Shown here: positions 29,551 through 40,383 of the stretch, piece by piece
How positions within the stretch are numbered: position 1 is the first letter of the stretch
Layout: every line of letters begins with the position of its first letter
Assembly (NCBI GenBank): GCA_044229975.1
Contig: JBGARZ010000005.1
Location: forward strand, 64,001-128,000
Origin: Polyangiales bacterium
GTDB lineage: Bacteria > Myxococcota_A > Polyangia > Polyangiales > Ga0077539
Direction: 5' to 3'
Length of the DNA: 64,000 nucleotides
Notes under the pieces: generated by a model
Seen by the model: the letters and a program-made list of their open reading frames with translations, nothing else
Told to the model about the DNA's origin: nothing
Databases searched by the model: none
Program-made: the position numbers and the translations under genes

Positions 29551-32500
29551 ATGACCTCGGTGGCCGTGGACGACGAGAGCCTCGCCCCGCTCGGCGCGTT
29601 CGAGCTGGTGGGGACGACCGAGGGTGACTCGCCCGCGTTGGCGGCATTGCGCGCGGTGGGCGCTTGGGTCGAGGGTCCTGAAGGGGCCGTAGAGGTCGAT
29701 GCCCTGGCGAGGCTCGCGGAGACCTGGGCGGCCGCGGGCTGCGTGGGCCTGGAGCGCGATGCGCTCGCGAGCCTGGTCGCGAGAGCTCCGACCGACGAGC
29801 GGCGCCAGCGGCTGGTCGCGCGGCTGGTGCAGACCGGGCGATGGGCAGAGGCCGCCCGCACCGAAGAAGAGCTCGCCGATTCTGGTCAGGCACCGCCGTG
29901 GCGCCGATGGCTCGCGGCGGGATCGCCCGACGACGCGCGAAGGGTCGCTGCGAAGGCCGAGGCGTCACGGGTCGCGCTGGCGCTGCAAGCCCGGGACGAC
30001 GACGCCGAAGAGACCCTCGCCGCAGCCGCCGAGACGGCGCGGCGGGGTGGCGACGTCGAGGGGTGGCGGTCGCTCGCGGTCGACGCGTGGGTGGAGTCGC
30101 GCGGGGAGCGCGGCGGGCCACGACTGTTCGACGCGCTGCGGGCGGCGGGCCGGGAGCGGGCGGCGATGCTCGTGGCGCTCGATGAGTCGGCGCAGGCGCT
30201 CTCGCGCGGGGGAGACGCGGTCGGCGCGCTGCTGCGAGGGGCCGCGCTCGTCGAGAGTGATGGCGAGGCGCTCGCGGTGTGGAGCGTTCGGGCGCTGATG
30301 CCGGGGAGCGACTCGGCAGCGGCGCGCGAGACCCTGCGAGACCTCCTCGCCGAGCGCGGTCGGTCGGCCGAGCTCGCGGTGCGCCTGCGCATCGACGCGT
30401 GGTCAGCCCCCGCGGCGGCGCGGGCCGCGGCGTGGAAGGGCGTCGCCGCGATGGAGCTGCCGCACGACCCGATGCTGGCGTCGCGTGCGCTGGTGGAGGG
30501 CCTGCGGGCCGCGCCCGACGACGTCGAGGCGCTCGACCTGCTGCGTACCCTCGCGGCCGAGGCGAGCATCGAGGCGGCCGTGCGCGACGCCCTCTGGTCG
30601 CTCACGCGGGCCACCGAACTGAGCGCGGCCCAGCGCAGCGAGATGCTGCTCTGGCTCGGATCGCTGGAAGAGCGGGCGGGCGACCTCGTCGCGGCCGAGG
30701 CGGCGTACGCGCGCGTCGAAGACCCTGTCCCGCAAGCCTTCGAGGGGCTCGCGCGGGTCAGCGCGGGCGCGGCCCTCCAGCTCGCGGCGTGCGAGTCGGC
30801 GTTTGCCGCGGCGGTGTCGACGGACGAGGAGAACCGAGCCGCCGCCATCACCCTCGCGGTCACCCGCTGCGAGTCCACGCCCGGCGCCGTGGCGGTCGTC
30901 GCGCTCGCGATGGAGACGCTCGCAGGCGTCGCGCTCGGCGACGAGGCCGCGGCCACGCTGTGGTTGCGCGCCGCGCGCCGGGCGGTCGAGCGTGGGGCGC
31001 TGGCCGGGGTGCTGCGCGCGCTCGCGACCCGCAGCACGCTCGCCACGGTGCGGGCGCAGGGCCTGCGCGAGTGCCTGACGCTCGCGGAGTTTGCGGCGCG
31101 CGATGGCGCCGAGGCGGCCGAGCTGCTCCGCCGCTACGACGAAGACTTCCCGGGGGATGCCACCGTCGCCGCCGCGCTGGCCGCGCTGGCCGAGCGACGC
31201 GACGGCACCGCGTTGCGCGAGGTGGCCCTGCGCGCCGTCGCGGGGGCCTCCCCGGACGCCGCCGAGCGCGATGTGTTGCTGCGCTTCGCGGGCGTCTCGC
31301 AGGGAGCGTTCGAGCCCCTGGGCGCCGTCTCCGAAGAGCCGTCTGCGTCGGCCGAGCGCTCCGACCGGCTGCGTCGGCTGCACGACCTCCTCGGCGACTC
31401 GGTGACGCTGCTCGCGCTCCGAACCCGCGCCCTCATGGCCGCACCGGGCGGCGCCGACGAGGCCCTCGCGGTCGCGCGACGCTTCGTCGAGCTGGCGCCG
31501 TGGTCGCCGGAGGCGGTGTTCGCGTACGCGGGCCTCGCCCGCCTGAGCGACGACCCCGCGGACATCGTGACGTCCATTCGCGCGGCCGTGGGCTCGTGCG
31601 CTCGCCTGCCCGAGCTCGCGTCGCTGACGCGCGGCGCCCTCACGCGGCTCTCCGCCCTTGGCGCCGACGGGGCCGTGTCCGAGGTGCTCGACGTTGCGGC
31701 GCAGGCGGGCCTGCTGGCCGACCGCGGGCTCGCCGAGGTCGCGCTCGCGCGCACCGATGCCGTCGATGCGCGGGCCATCGCCCACCTGGAGATCGTCGTC
31801 GCATCGAGCGACACGCCCGACGCCGCGTGGGTGGAGCGCCTCGACGCGCTCCGTCGCGAGCGCGGTGACGCGGTGGGCGTGCTCGGAGCGCGGCTGAGGG
31901 TTCCGGGCGGGGAGCGGATGGCCGTCGCCGAAGAGCTCGACGCGCTCGCCGAGGGAGCGTCGGGCGACGATGCACAGGGGCGCTGGGTGCGGTGCGCGGT
32001 CGCGGTAGGCCACCCGGCGGTGGCGCTGCGATGGCTCACGCGCTGGGCCGACGGGCTGGGTGTCGGGGTCGACGCCGGGCTGCGCCTGCGCTGCGCTGCG
32101 CGGGTGGCGTGGACGGCGCAGCGTGACGCCGCGGTGGCACTCGCGTTTCTGCGCGACGCGGTGCTCGCCGACGCCGACGCCCACGAGGTGCTGCAAGACG
32201 CCGACGTGATCGGCCTCGGGGCGCAGGCCATCGAGCCGTTGCTGGGCATCTACGACGACGCCATGGCGCGCGCGGCGGGCGAGCACGGGCGGCGGGCGTT
32301 TGCGTACCGCCGGGCGACGGTGCTGGAGCGCGCGGGTCGCACGGTCGACGCCCTCGCGGCGCAGATCGAGCTCTTCAACGAGGCGCGCACCATCGGCGCG
32401 TCGCTGCGGTCCATCGAGCGTCTCGCGGGCGCCACGGGGCAGTGGGAGCCGATGCTCGAAGCCTTCGAGGTGCTCGCCGCCGAGGCGCCCTCGACCGAGG

Positions 32501-34455
32501 CCCGGGTGCAGTTTCTCATCCGCTGCGCCGAGGTGGCGCGGCTGCAGATGCGGTCGGCCGTGCGGGCCCTCGGCTTCGAGGTGCAGGCCTGGCAGGTGAG
32601 CCGCTCGCGCGCCCTTTGGGATCGCGTCATCGACCGGGCCCGCGCGCTGCGCCCGACGCACCCGGACGAGGCGCGCGCCGCCGTCCACGCGCTCATCGAC
32701 GGGGAGCTCGCCTCGGCGCAGCAGGCGTGGGACGACTCGGTGCGCGCGCTCCACTCGCTCCAGGCCCTCGACTGCGCCCTCACCGAAGCCCACGACGCCG
32801 AGCGGGCCCACGCCGCCATCGGGCTCTATGTGAAGCAGCACGAGGCGCCGCGCGCCGCCCGCGCGACGGTGCTGGAGATGATCGGTCGACCGGGGGTTCC
32901 CCCGGAGCTGCGTGACGCGCTGCTGGCGTCGCCGACGCTGGCCTCGGTGCCCCCGCCCGCGGAGCCCGCCGTCGACGTCACCACGCAGCCGCCGCGCTTC
33001 GGAACGCTCGAGCTCGTCATGGACGACGATGAGGAGCCCGCGCCCCGCCCGTCGAGGCGCTCGGTGGCGCCCAGGGCGCCGTCGAAGCCCGCGCCCGAGC
33101 AGCACGAGTGGATCTCCTTCGTGGCCGAGCCGCGGCCCGTCACGCCCGTCCCCAAGGCGATGCCCTCGCTGCCCACGGCCGATGCCATGCCGACGGTCAT
33201 CCCCACGGGTGACCTCGACGAGATCGAGGTCGACGAGATCGAGCCCGACCCCGCGTCGTTTGTCATCACGTCGCTGGCTCCTGGCGCGGCGCGGCGTCCG
33301 ACCCCGACGCCCGACCCCCGCGTCACCGACGCTCCGCCCGCCGAGTCGCTCCGTGACGCCGCCACGCGCGGAAACGACGCCGCCGCCGCCCTGCTCGCCG
33401 AGCGCCTCGCCGCCGAGCCCGACAACACCCACGAGGCCCTCGCCATCCAGCGCGCGCGCTTCGACGCCGACCCGACACGCTTCGACGCGCTCGACGCCAT
33501 CATCGAGCTCGTCAAGCGAGGCGACCGACGCGGCGAGGCGCTGGGCCTCTCGCAGGTGCGCGCCGTGCTCCGCGGCGAGCCCTCCGAGCTGCGCCCCCTT
33601 CATCCCGTCGAGCTCGAAGACCCGCCCGATGGCGTGGCGCGCGTGCTGCTCCCGGCGCGGCTCGGTCCCTTCGCCGAGCTCGGCGCGCTGCTCTGGGAGA
33701 GCGTCGGCGTCACCTGGCGCAAGGAGCTGCTGCGCGCCGCAGGGCGCGACGAGGGCGTGCGCGTGCCGCCCAACTCCTCGGTGGTGCGGCCGTTCCAGGC
33801 CGCGCTGCGGCTGCTCCAGATGCCCCGCACGACGGTGCTCGCGCTGCGCGACGGGCCCGTCGGGTCAGCGTCGGTCTCCGCGGCGGCCTCGCCCATCGCC
33901 CTCGTGATGTCCCTGGAGCAGGCGGCCGATACGCCCTCCGGGCACTTCGCCATGGGCCACCTCGTCGAGGCCGGGCGCACGGGGCACCTGCCCATCACGG
34001 CCGTCGCACCCGACGTCGCCGATCGCATGGTGCGCGCGCTGCTCTTCGCCTTCGGCGCGCCCTCGTCGGACAAGGTCGACCCCGCCGTGGCAGCGACCGC
34101 CGCGCAGCTCATGGACGCGACGCCCACCCGCCTGCACCGGCAGGTGCGCGCGTACGTCGAAGAGCTCGGTCCGTCGCTCACGCCCGCCCGCTGGCGTGCG
34201 GTCATCGATCAGGCGCGGGCGCGCGCCGGGCTGCTGGTGTCGGGTGACTTCCTCGAATCGACGCGGTGGCTGCTGTCGAGCGCGCCGCCCGAGGTTCCGC
34301 GCTCGCTCCCGTGGGCCTTCGTGGAGTGGGAACCCCTGCGTGACCTCCTGCGCTTCGCCGTGAGCGAGGAGTACCTGCTGCTGCGCTGGCCCAACACCGA
34401 CGGTCGCCGTCGGCGGGTGTCCTCGCGGCCCGCGCCGCCGACCGAGTCGCGCTAG
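29551..34455 (+). CDS. large helical (degenerate TPR-like) hypothetical protein
   Basis: 1634-aa GC3-rich ORF; C-terminal RAGLLVSGD...LLRFAVSEEY..LR. Confidence 0.75.
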   Translation: MTSVAVDDESLAPLGAFELVGTTEGDSPALAALRAVGAWVEGPEGAVEVDALARLAETWAAAGCVGLERDALASLVARAPTDERRQRLVARLVQTGRWAEAARTEEELADSGQAPPWRRWLAAGSPDDARRVAAKAEASRVALALQARDDDAEETLAAAAETARRGGDVEGWRSLAVDAWVESRGERGGPRLFDALRAAGRERAAMLVALDESAQALSRGGDAVGALLRGAALVESDGEALAVWSVRALMPGSDSAAARETLRDLLAERGRSAELAVRLRIDAWSAPAAARAAAWKGVAAMELPHDPMLASRALVEGLRAAPDDVEALDLLRTLAAEASIEAAVRDALWSLTRATELSAAQRSEMLLWLGSLEERAGDLVAAEAAYARVEDPVPQAFEGLARVSAGAALQLAACESAFAAAVSTDEENRAAAITLAVTRCESTPGAVAVVALAMETLAGVALGDEAAATLWLRAARRAVERGALAGVLRALATRSTLATVRAQGLRECLTLAEFAARDGAEAAELLRRYDEDFPGDATVAAALAALAERRDGTALREVALRAVAGASPDAAERDVLLRFAGVSQGAFEPLGAVSEEPSASAERSDRLRRLHDLLGDSVTLLALRTRALMAAPGGADEALAVARRFVELAPWSPEAVFAYAGLARLSDDPADIVTSIRAAVGSCARLPELASLTRGALTRLSALGADGAVSEVLDVAAQAGLLADRGLAEVALARTDAVDARAIAHLEIVVASSDTPDAAWVERLDALRRERGDAVGVLGARLRVPGGERMAVAEELDALAEGASGDDAQGRWVRCAVAVGHPAVALRWLTRWADGLGVGVDAGLRLRCAARVAWTAQRDAAVALAFLRDAVLADADAHEVLQDADVIGLGAQAIEPLLGIYDDAMARAAGEHGRRAFAYRRATVLERAGRTVDALAAQIELFNEARTIGASLRSIERLAGATGQWEPMLEAFEVLAAEAPSTEARVQFLIRCAEVARLQMRSAVRALGFEVQAWQVSRSRALWDRVIDRARALRPTHPDEARAAVHALIDGELASAQQAWDDSVRALHSLQALDCALTEAHDAERAHAAIGLYVKQHEAPRAARATVLEMIGRPGVPPELRDALLASPTLASVPPPAEPAVDVTTQPPRFGTLELVMDDDEEPAPRPSRRSVAPRAPSKPAPEQHEWISFVAEPRPVTPVPKAMPSLPTADAMPTVIPTGDLDEIEVDEIEPDPASFVITSLAPGAARRPTPTPDPRVTDAPPAESLRDAATRGNDAAAALLAERLAAEPDNTHEALAIQRARFDADPTRFDALDAIIELVKRGDRRGEALGLSQVRAVLRGEPSELRPLHPVELEDPPDGVARVLLPARLGPFAELGALLWESVGVTWRKELLRAAGRDEGVRVPPNSSVVRPFQAALRLLQMPRTTVLALRDGPVGSASVSAAASPIALVMSLEQAADTPSGHFAMGHLVEAGRTGHLPITAVAPDVADRMVRALLFAFGAPSSDKVDPAVAATAAQLMDATPTRLHRQVRAYVEELGPSLTPARWRAVIDQARARAGLLVSGDFLESTRWLLSSAPPEVPRSLPWAFVEWEPLRDLLRFAVSEEYLLLRWPNTDGRRRRVSSRPAPPTESR

Positions 34456-34475
34456 CGATCAAACCCGACCGAGTC

Positions 34476-35426
34476 GTGCGCGCCCAGGTCGAGCTCACCG
34501 CCGAGTGCCCCGAATGCCACACCCGTGGCGTGTGGATCGAGCTCTACGACCCGGTGATACCCGCGACGGCGCTCGGCCTCCCCGCGCAGGCGCGCTGTCG
34601 ACTCTGCGCCGCCGAACACCTCGGCGAATGCACCCCCGGCTCCGACGGGCTCACCGCGCGGGTACGACCACCCGGGCGGTGCCCGTTCTGCGCGCACGCC
34701 CTCGACGAGGCCGACCTCGCGGCGCACATGTGCAGCCGCTGCAAGTCGCACGCGGCGATGGTGGCGTCGCGAGCGGGCGACGACCTGCGCGACCCGGCGG
34801 TGCTGGAGCGTTCGGTGCGCGCGCTGATGGCCGCCGAGGGCGACGACGAGCTCGGTGACTTCGTGCAGCGGTGCTTCAACGTCCCCGACCTCGCGGCCCT
34901 CGGAGAGCGCTACGCCCAGGGCGGCCCCGTGGACACCTCGCTCGATGGCGCGGTGGGCTTCCTCTCTGGCGCGGTGTCGCGAGCGCCGACGACGCCCCCT
35001 CCCCCGGCGCCCGTCGCGGTGGCCGCGCACGGTGACGATCGGCGCGCGATGCTCCTCGCGTTGGTGAGCGTGCTGATGGCCGATGGGCAGCGCGACCCGC
35101 GGGAGACGCCGTTGGTGGAGGCGTTTCTGAAGGCGGAGGGACTTGCGCCGCTGGCGACCGAGGAGATGCGGGTGCATCGGCCGGTGGAGGTGGCGGGGAA
35201 GGTTCCGCCGGCGCGGCGCGAGGGGCTGCTGTCGCTCATGGCGCAGCTCGCCTACGCCGACGGCATGGCCGACCCGAGCGAGGTGCGGGTGCTGCGCGCC
35301 TTCGCCGACGCCTGGGCCATGGACCAGTCCGAGGTCGACCGCTGGCTGGAGACCTACCGCCTCGCGCGACGATCGCGGCGGCAGCGGGTGCTCGATCGGC
35401 TGCGGTCGTTCTTCCTGGCGGGATAG
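34476..35426 (+). CDS. zinc-finger plus TerB-like domain protein
   Basis: Four CxxC pairs; two ADG..DPxE TerB motifs. Confidence 0.75.
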   Translation: MRAQVELTAECPECHTRGVWIELYDPVIPATALGLPAQARCRLCAAEHLGECTPGSDGLTARVRPPGRCPFCAHALDEADLAAHMCSRCKSHAAMVASRAGDDLRDPAVLERSVRALMAAEGDDELGDFVQRCFNVPDLAALGERYAQGGPVDTSLDGAVGFLSGAVSRAPTTPPPPAPVAVAAHGDDRRAMLLALVSVLMADGQRDPRETPLVEAFLKAEGLAPLATEEMRVHRPVEVAGKVPPARREGLLSLMAQLAYADGMADPSEVRVLRAFADAWAMDQSEVDRWLETYRLARRSRRQRVLDRLRSFFLAG

Positions 35427-35448
35427 GCGCTACCATCGCGGCATCGCG

Positions 35449-36450
35449 ATGAGTGAGACGACGACGGTGGGGGTGGGCGGAGGCGCGCAGACGGCCGAGG
35501 CGCAGCGCGACGGCGTGGCGGGCTCCATCGCGAAGGTGCAGCAGCAGTTCGACCTGGTGATGGACAACGTTCGCCGGGTCATCGTCGGCAAGGACGACGT
35601 CATCGCGCGGCTGCTGGTGGCGATGACGGCGCGCGGGCACGTGCTGTTGAGGGATGTGCCGGGCGTCGGAAAGACCATGCTCGCGCGCAGCGTGGCGGCG
35701 TCGATGGCGTGCGTGTTCAAGCGCATCCAGTTCACGCCCGACCTGCTGCCGATGGACGTCACCGGGTCCAACGTGTTCGACATGCGGCGACGGGTGTTCG
35801 AGTTTCAGCGGGGCCCGGTGTTCACCAACCTGCTGCTGGCCGACGAGGTGAATCGCGCGCCGCCGAAGACCCAGAGCGCGCTGCTCGAAGTGATGGAAGA
35901 GCGGCAGGTCACCGTCGAGGGCGAGACCCACAAGCTCGACGAGCCCTTCCAGGTCATCGCCACCATGAACCCGCTCGACCACGAAGGGACCTATCCCCTC
36001 CCCGCGGCCCAGATGGACCGCTTCATGGTCATGCTCTCCCTCGGCTACCCCGCCGAGGCCGCCGAGGTGCACATGCTCGGCGTCCACCTCCAGCCCGACG
36101 CCCCCATCACGAGCCTCCAACCCGTCATCACCCGCGACGACTTCCTCGGCTGGCAACGAACCGTCCCCATGATCTTCATGAGCGACGAGCTCAAGCGCTA
36201 CACCGTCGCCGTGGTGCAGTCCCTCCGCGGCGACCCGCGCAACCTCCAGTCCATCTCGCCGCGCTCCACGATCCAGCTCGCCCGCGCATCCCAGGCCCGC
36301 GCCATGCTCAAGGGCCGCGACTACGTCGTCGCCGAAGACATCCACGCCGTCGCGCCCGACGTCATGGGCCACCGCGTGCTGCTCGCCGACGGGCGCGCGG
36401 GCCGCGAGTTCGTCATCGAGGCCATGCACCGGGTCGCCGTCCCGCGATGA
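35449..36450 (+). CDS. MoxR family AAA+ ATPase
   Basis: DVPGVGKT, RIQFTPDLLP, LADEVNRAPPKTQSALLE. Confidence 0.95.
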   Translation: MSETTTVGVGGGAQTAEAQRDGVAGSIAKVQQQFDLVMDNVRRVIVGKDDVIARLLVAMTARGHVLLRDVPGVGKTMLARSVAASMACVFKRIQFTPDLLPMDVTGSNVFDMRRRVFEFQRGPVFTNLLLADEVNRAPPKTQSALLEVMEERQVTVEGETHKLDEPFQVIATMNPLDHEGTYPLPAAQMDRFMVMLSLGYPAEAAEVHMLGVHLQPDAPITSLQPVITRDDFLGWQRTVPMIFMSDELKRYTVAVVQSLRGDPRNLQSISPRSTIQLARASQARAMLKGRDYVVAEDIHAVAPDVMGHRVLLADGRAGREFVIEAMHRVAVPR

Positions 36451-38135
36451 ACCCGCCTCCCCGCGGCCCCATCGCCTGGCTCGCCGCGCGGGTGCTCGCC
36501 AACACGCTGTTGCTCGCGTCGCTGCCCTTCATCATCGGCGGGCTCGCGGGCTTCTTCGCCGAGGTGTCGCAGGTCAGCGAGACGCTCCCGCGACTCATCG
36601 AGCGGGCCACCGTGGTGCTGCTCCCGCTCCAGGTGGTGCAGGGGGTCTGCGTCTTCGTGAAGGTGCGGCGGGAGCTCTCGCTCACCGACGCCACACCCAC
36701 GGCGCGCGCGGTGCTGGAGAGCGCGCTGCGGCACGTGCGGGTGATGACCGACAAGGGCTTCGGGCTCTTCGTCGGCGCGCTCGTCGCGGTGGTGCTCTCG
36801 CTCACGCTCAAGTTCGCCGAGCTCGGGGTCATCGCCGTGCTCGGGCTCAGCACCCTCTACGCCGTCGTCACCGCGGGCGTGCTGCTCAGCACCGTGGTGG
36901 CGCAGCGCTTCGAAGAGCGCCTCGCCGCGAGGGGCGGCGTCATCGGGAGGGAGTTTGCCCCGGTGGTGGTGGAGTCCGGCGAGAGCGTCGAGGAGCACTT
37001 CCATTTCGAGGGCGTTCCGGTGCCGCCGGGCTTCGTGGTGGAGGTGTTTCAGCGGTTGCCGGCGCGGCTCGCCACCGAGAGCCGTCACGTGGTCGGCGCC
37101 GACGTCTCCATGCGCCGCGTGACGCTGTCGCGCCCCCTCCACCGAACGCCCCGTGGCGACTACCGCATCCCCCCGGCGAGCGTGGCGTTTACCGACCTCT
37201 TCGGGCTCACGCGGGTAGCGATCGCGCAGGCGGCCGAGGCCCGGCTGAGGGTGCTGCCGCGGCTCTACCCGGTGGCGCTCACGGCGGCGCCGCGCTCGCA
37301 CGCCCGGCAGGAGGGCGCCCTCTCGGTGCTGCGGCGCGCGCCGACCGAAGACTGGTTTCGCGTTCGCGAGTACCAGTCGGGCGACGACACCCGGCGCATG
37401 CACTGGAAGCTCAGCGTGAAGCTCGGGCACCTCCAGGTGCGGCAGCCCGAGACGGTCCCGGTGGTGCGGCGACGCGTGCGGCTGGTGCTCGACACGTACC
37501 TCCCCGAGTCCATCGCCAAGGGCGAGGAGGTCGACCTGGTGCTGGGGGACGTTCTCGACCGGCTCGTGGAGCTGTGGATCTCCCTGGCGCGCACCCTGGT
37601 CGAGCGCGGCGAATCGGTGCAGCTCACGGTGGCGACGGGCGAGGCCGAGCGGCCGACCGAGACCATGGAGCTCACCCGCGGCGCGCAGGCACGACTGCTG
37701 GAGCTGGGCTCGCGGGTGCAGTGGCAGTCGCAGACGGACTTCACCCAGGTGGGCGACGCACCCGAGCGGGGGCAGTTCATGGTGGTGGTGACGGCGAGGT
37801 TTCTGCCGCTGCCCCAACTGCCAGCACCGGCGGGGGCGGCGGTGACCTGGGTGTTTCTGCCGGTGGCGGACGAGATTCCGACGGCGCTCCCGAAGCGGAC
37901 GTTGGAGAGCGTGCTGTCGTTCTTCACGCAGCCCTTCGCACCGGGCGCCGAGGAGAACTCGCTCGTCGCGTCGCTGCGCCGGGGCAACGCACGGCGATCG
38001 CTGGAGACCGTTCGCGCCCACACGGCGCACCTCACGGCCGAAGGGTCGGCCATCGCCGAGGCGACGCTGCGAGCGCGGGGCGAGGTGTTCTATCGGGTGT
38101 CGCGCAGCGGCGTGGCGTACATGCTGGGCGGCTGA
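36447..38135 (+). CDS. DUF58 domain membrane protein
   Basis: VREYQSGDDTRRMHWK; ATGA coupled to MoxR gene. Confidence 0.9.
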   Translation: MNPPPRGPIAWLAARVLANTLLLASLPFIIGGLAGFFAEVSQVSETLPRLIERATVVLLPLQVVQGVCVFVKVRRELSLTDATPTARAVLESALRHVRVMTDKGFGLFVGALVAVVLSLTLKFAELGVIAVLGLSTLYAVVTAGVLLSTVVAQRFEERLAARGGVIGREFAPVVVESGESVEEHFHFEGVPVPPGFVVEVFQRLPARLATESRHVVGADVSMRRVTLSRPLHRTPRGDYRIPPASVAFTDLFGLTRVAIAQAAEARLRVLPRLYPVALTAAPRSHARQEGALSVLRRAPTEDWFRVREYQSGDDTRRMHWKLSVKLGHLQVRQPETVPVVRRRVRLVLDTYLPESIAKGEEVDLVLGDVLDRLVELWISLARTLVERGESVQLTVATGEAERPTETMELTRGAQARLLELGSRVQWQSQTDFTQVGDAPERGQFMVVVTARFLPLPQLPAPAGAAVTWVFLPVADEIPTALPKRTLESVLSFFTQPFAPGAEENSLVASLRRGNARRSLETVRAHTAHLTAEGSAIAEATLRARGEVFYRVSRSGVAYMLGG

Positions 38136-38189
38136 GGTCACCATCATCGTCCCCTATGGCCGCACGCGCCTTCCGGTATCCTCCGCCGC

Positions 38190-39161
38190 GTGCGGACCTC
38201 GGGTGTCCTCCTCGCGCTCGCCTTGAGTCTGCCGCGCGTCGCGTGGGCCCAGGACGCCCTCGACCTCACGTGGACGTCCCCGGCGGGCTGCCCCACCCGC
38301 GGCGACGTGGTCGCCCTCGCCACCCGACTGCGGCCCGCGCTCGATCGCGATCACTCCGACCTGCATGTCGAAGCCACCGTCACCACGGCGCCCCGTTCTC
38401 GTTGGCGCGTGCGCGTCCGCACGGAGGCGGGCGGCGAGGTCGGGGTGCGGGTCCTCGAAGCCCGCACCTGCGCCCAGCTCGGCGAGGCGACCGCCGTGGT
38501 GCTGGCCCTCGCCTTCGACACGCTGCCTGACGCGCCGCCACCGCGTACCCGACCGACGCTCCCCGACTCGGTCGAGCAGATCGACGACCCCGAGGCCGCG
38601 CCCTTCCGTCGGCCCGTGATGCCTCTACCGCTCCCACCCCGCGGGCGAACGCGCTTCGACCTCGGTCTCCACGCAACCGTCGACCCTCTCACCTTCAGCG
38701 CGCTCGCGGTGCACGTCGGCCTGCACGGCGCTCTCTCGCGGGGAATGCTGCGCGCCGAGCTCGGCCTCGCGTGGCAGCTCCCGACCACCGCCGACGGGAC
38801 GCGCGCGGGCACCGGCGCGGAGGTGATGGCGGCCACCGTGACGGCGCGTGGGTGCTTGATGCGCGCCCGCGAGGTGGTGTCCGTGGGGCTCTGCGCGACC
38901 TTCGTGGGCGGGACGATGTGGGCGACGGCCTTCGGTCTCCAGCGCAATGACACCGCCCTCGTGCCGTGGGCGTCGGCGGGCGGCGGCGCGGTGCTGCGGG
39001 TGGCCGTGGCGCGGGGCCGCGTCGCGGGGCTGTTGCATGTCGACGGGGTGGCGCACCTGACGAGGCCGACCTTCGTGGTGCAGGGGCGAACGGATGACGC
39101 GGGAGCGATCCCGGCGCTCGGGCTCCTCGCGGGCCTCGGCGTCGAAGTGCGATGGCCGTGA
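38190..39161 (+). CDS. exported hypothetical protein with beta-barrel-like C-terminus (ECF operon)
   Basis: Signal peptide, W..P.GCP, alternating beta strands; overlaps ECF gene. Confidence 0.7.
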   Translation: MRTSGVLLALALSLPRVAWAQDALDLTWTSPAGCPTRGDVVALATRLRPALDRDHSDLHVEATVTTAPRSRWRVRVRTEAGGEVGVRVLEARTCAQLGEATAVVLALAFDTLPDAPPPRTRPTLPDSVEQIDDPEAAPFRRPVMPLPLPPRGRTRFDLGLHATVDPLTFSALAVHVGLHGALSRGMLRAELGLAWQLPTTADGTRAGTGAEVMAATVTARGCLMRAREVVSVGLCATFVGGTMWATAFGLQRNDTALVPWASAGGGAVLRVAVARGRVAGLLHVDGVAHLTRPTFVVQGRTDDAGAIPALGLLAGLGVEVRWP

Positions 39162-39748
39162 CGGAACCCTCCGTCCCCGGCCACTCCCCCGGCACGATGG
39201 AGCCTGCGACCGCGACGACGGAGCCGGTTGCCCGTGATTTCGATGCGATCTACCGCGAACACTTCCCTTTCGTCTGGCGCAACCTCCGGCGGCTCGGGGT
39301 CGCCGAGGCCCACGTCGAGGACGCCGCGCAGGAGGTCTGGGTCGTGGTTCACCGTCGCTTGAAGGACTTCGAGGGGCGGTCGTCGGTGCGGACGTGGCTC
39401 TTCGGCATCGCCATGCGCACCGCCAGCGACCACCGCCGATGGCGCCGCCGGAAGGACCCGCGTGACCGCGACGACGACGTGGACGCCGTGGCTTCGCACA
39501 CCCCATCGCCCGAGGAGCTCACCGAGCGAGCGCAGGCCGCGCGGGCGCTCGACCGACTGCTCGACGCCATCCCCGAGGAGCGGCGGGCGGTTTTCGTACT
39601 GGCCGAGCTCGAACAGATGTCGGCGCCCGAGATCGCCTTGTCGGTGGGCGTTCCGCTCAACACCGTCTACTCGCGGCTGCGGGTCGCCCGCGCTGAGTTC
39701 GAGGCCGCCGCCCAACGCTATCGCTCCACCACGGAACTACCGCGATGA
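39152..39748 (+). CDS. ECF sigma-70 factor
   Basis: EDAAQEV, FEGRSSVRTWLFGI, EIA...PLNTVYSRL..AR. Confidence 0.93.
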   Translation: MAVTEPSVPGHSPGTMEPATATTEPVARDFDAIYREHFPFVWRNLRRLGVAEAHVEDAAQEVWVVVHRRLKDFEGRSSVRTWLFGIAMRTASDHRRWRRRKDPRDRDDDVDAVASHTPSPEELTERAQAARALDRLLDAIPEERRAVFVLAELEQMSAPEIALSVGVPLNTVYSRLRVARAEFEAAAQRYRSTTELPR

Positions 39749-40383
39749 CCGACCTCTCCCCCGACACGCGAGCGCTCCTCGCCTCCCTCGCCGTGAGCCA
39801 CGACCCGCCGCCCGACGCCGCCGAGCGGGTTCGTGCACGGGTGGCCGCCCAGGCCGCCGTGGCCCCGACGGTCGGACCGCGCCCGTGGTGGCTCGCAGCG
39901 GTCGGTCTCGGTGTCGTGGCGGTGATCGCGGCGTGGTGGTCGACGCGAGCCCCCGCAGCCGTGCCCGTGGTTGCTGCTCCGCGAACGGTCGCGACGGTGG
40001 TGGAGCCGGCCGCACCGCCCGCGAGGGTGGTGGCACCTCCCGTGGTGGCAGCGGCGCCCGCGCTCGTTGCGCCGGTGGTGGTGGCTCCGAGGCCCGCGAG
40101 GGTGGCGGAGCGCGACGACCTCGCCGCGGAGCTGCGGCTGATCCAGCAGGCGCAGACCGCCCTCGCGGGAAGCGACATGGCGGGCGCGCAGGCGGCGTTG
40201 CGGAGCCACGCGCGAACCTTCCCGCACGGTCACCTGGTCGAAGAACGCGAGGCCCTCGGGGTGCAGGTGCTCTGCGCGTCGGGGCGGACGGAAGAAGCCC
40301 GGCGAGCGGGCGCGGCCTTCGTGGCGAGGCACCCGGGTTCACCGCAGGTGGGAAGGGTGAGGCGGACGTGCGCGGCTCCGTGA
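39745..40383 (+). CDS. putative anti-sigma factor (TM plus TPR-like C-terminus)
   Basis: ATGA coupled to ECF; single TM; H...FPHGHLVEERE. Confidence 0.7.
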   Translation: MTDLSPDTRALLASLAVSHDPPPDAAERVRARVAAQAAVAPTVGPRPWWLAAVGLGVVAVIAAWWSTRAPAAVPVVAAPRTVATVVEPAAPPARVVAPPVVAAAPALVAPVVVAPRPARVAERDDLAAELRLIQQAQTALAGSDMAGAQAALRSHARTFPHGHLVEEREALGVQVLCASGRTEEARRAGAAFVARHPGSPQVGRVRRTCAAP

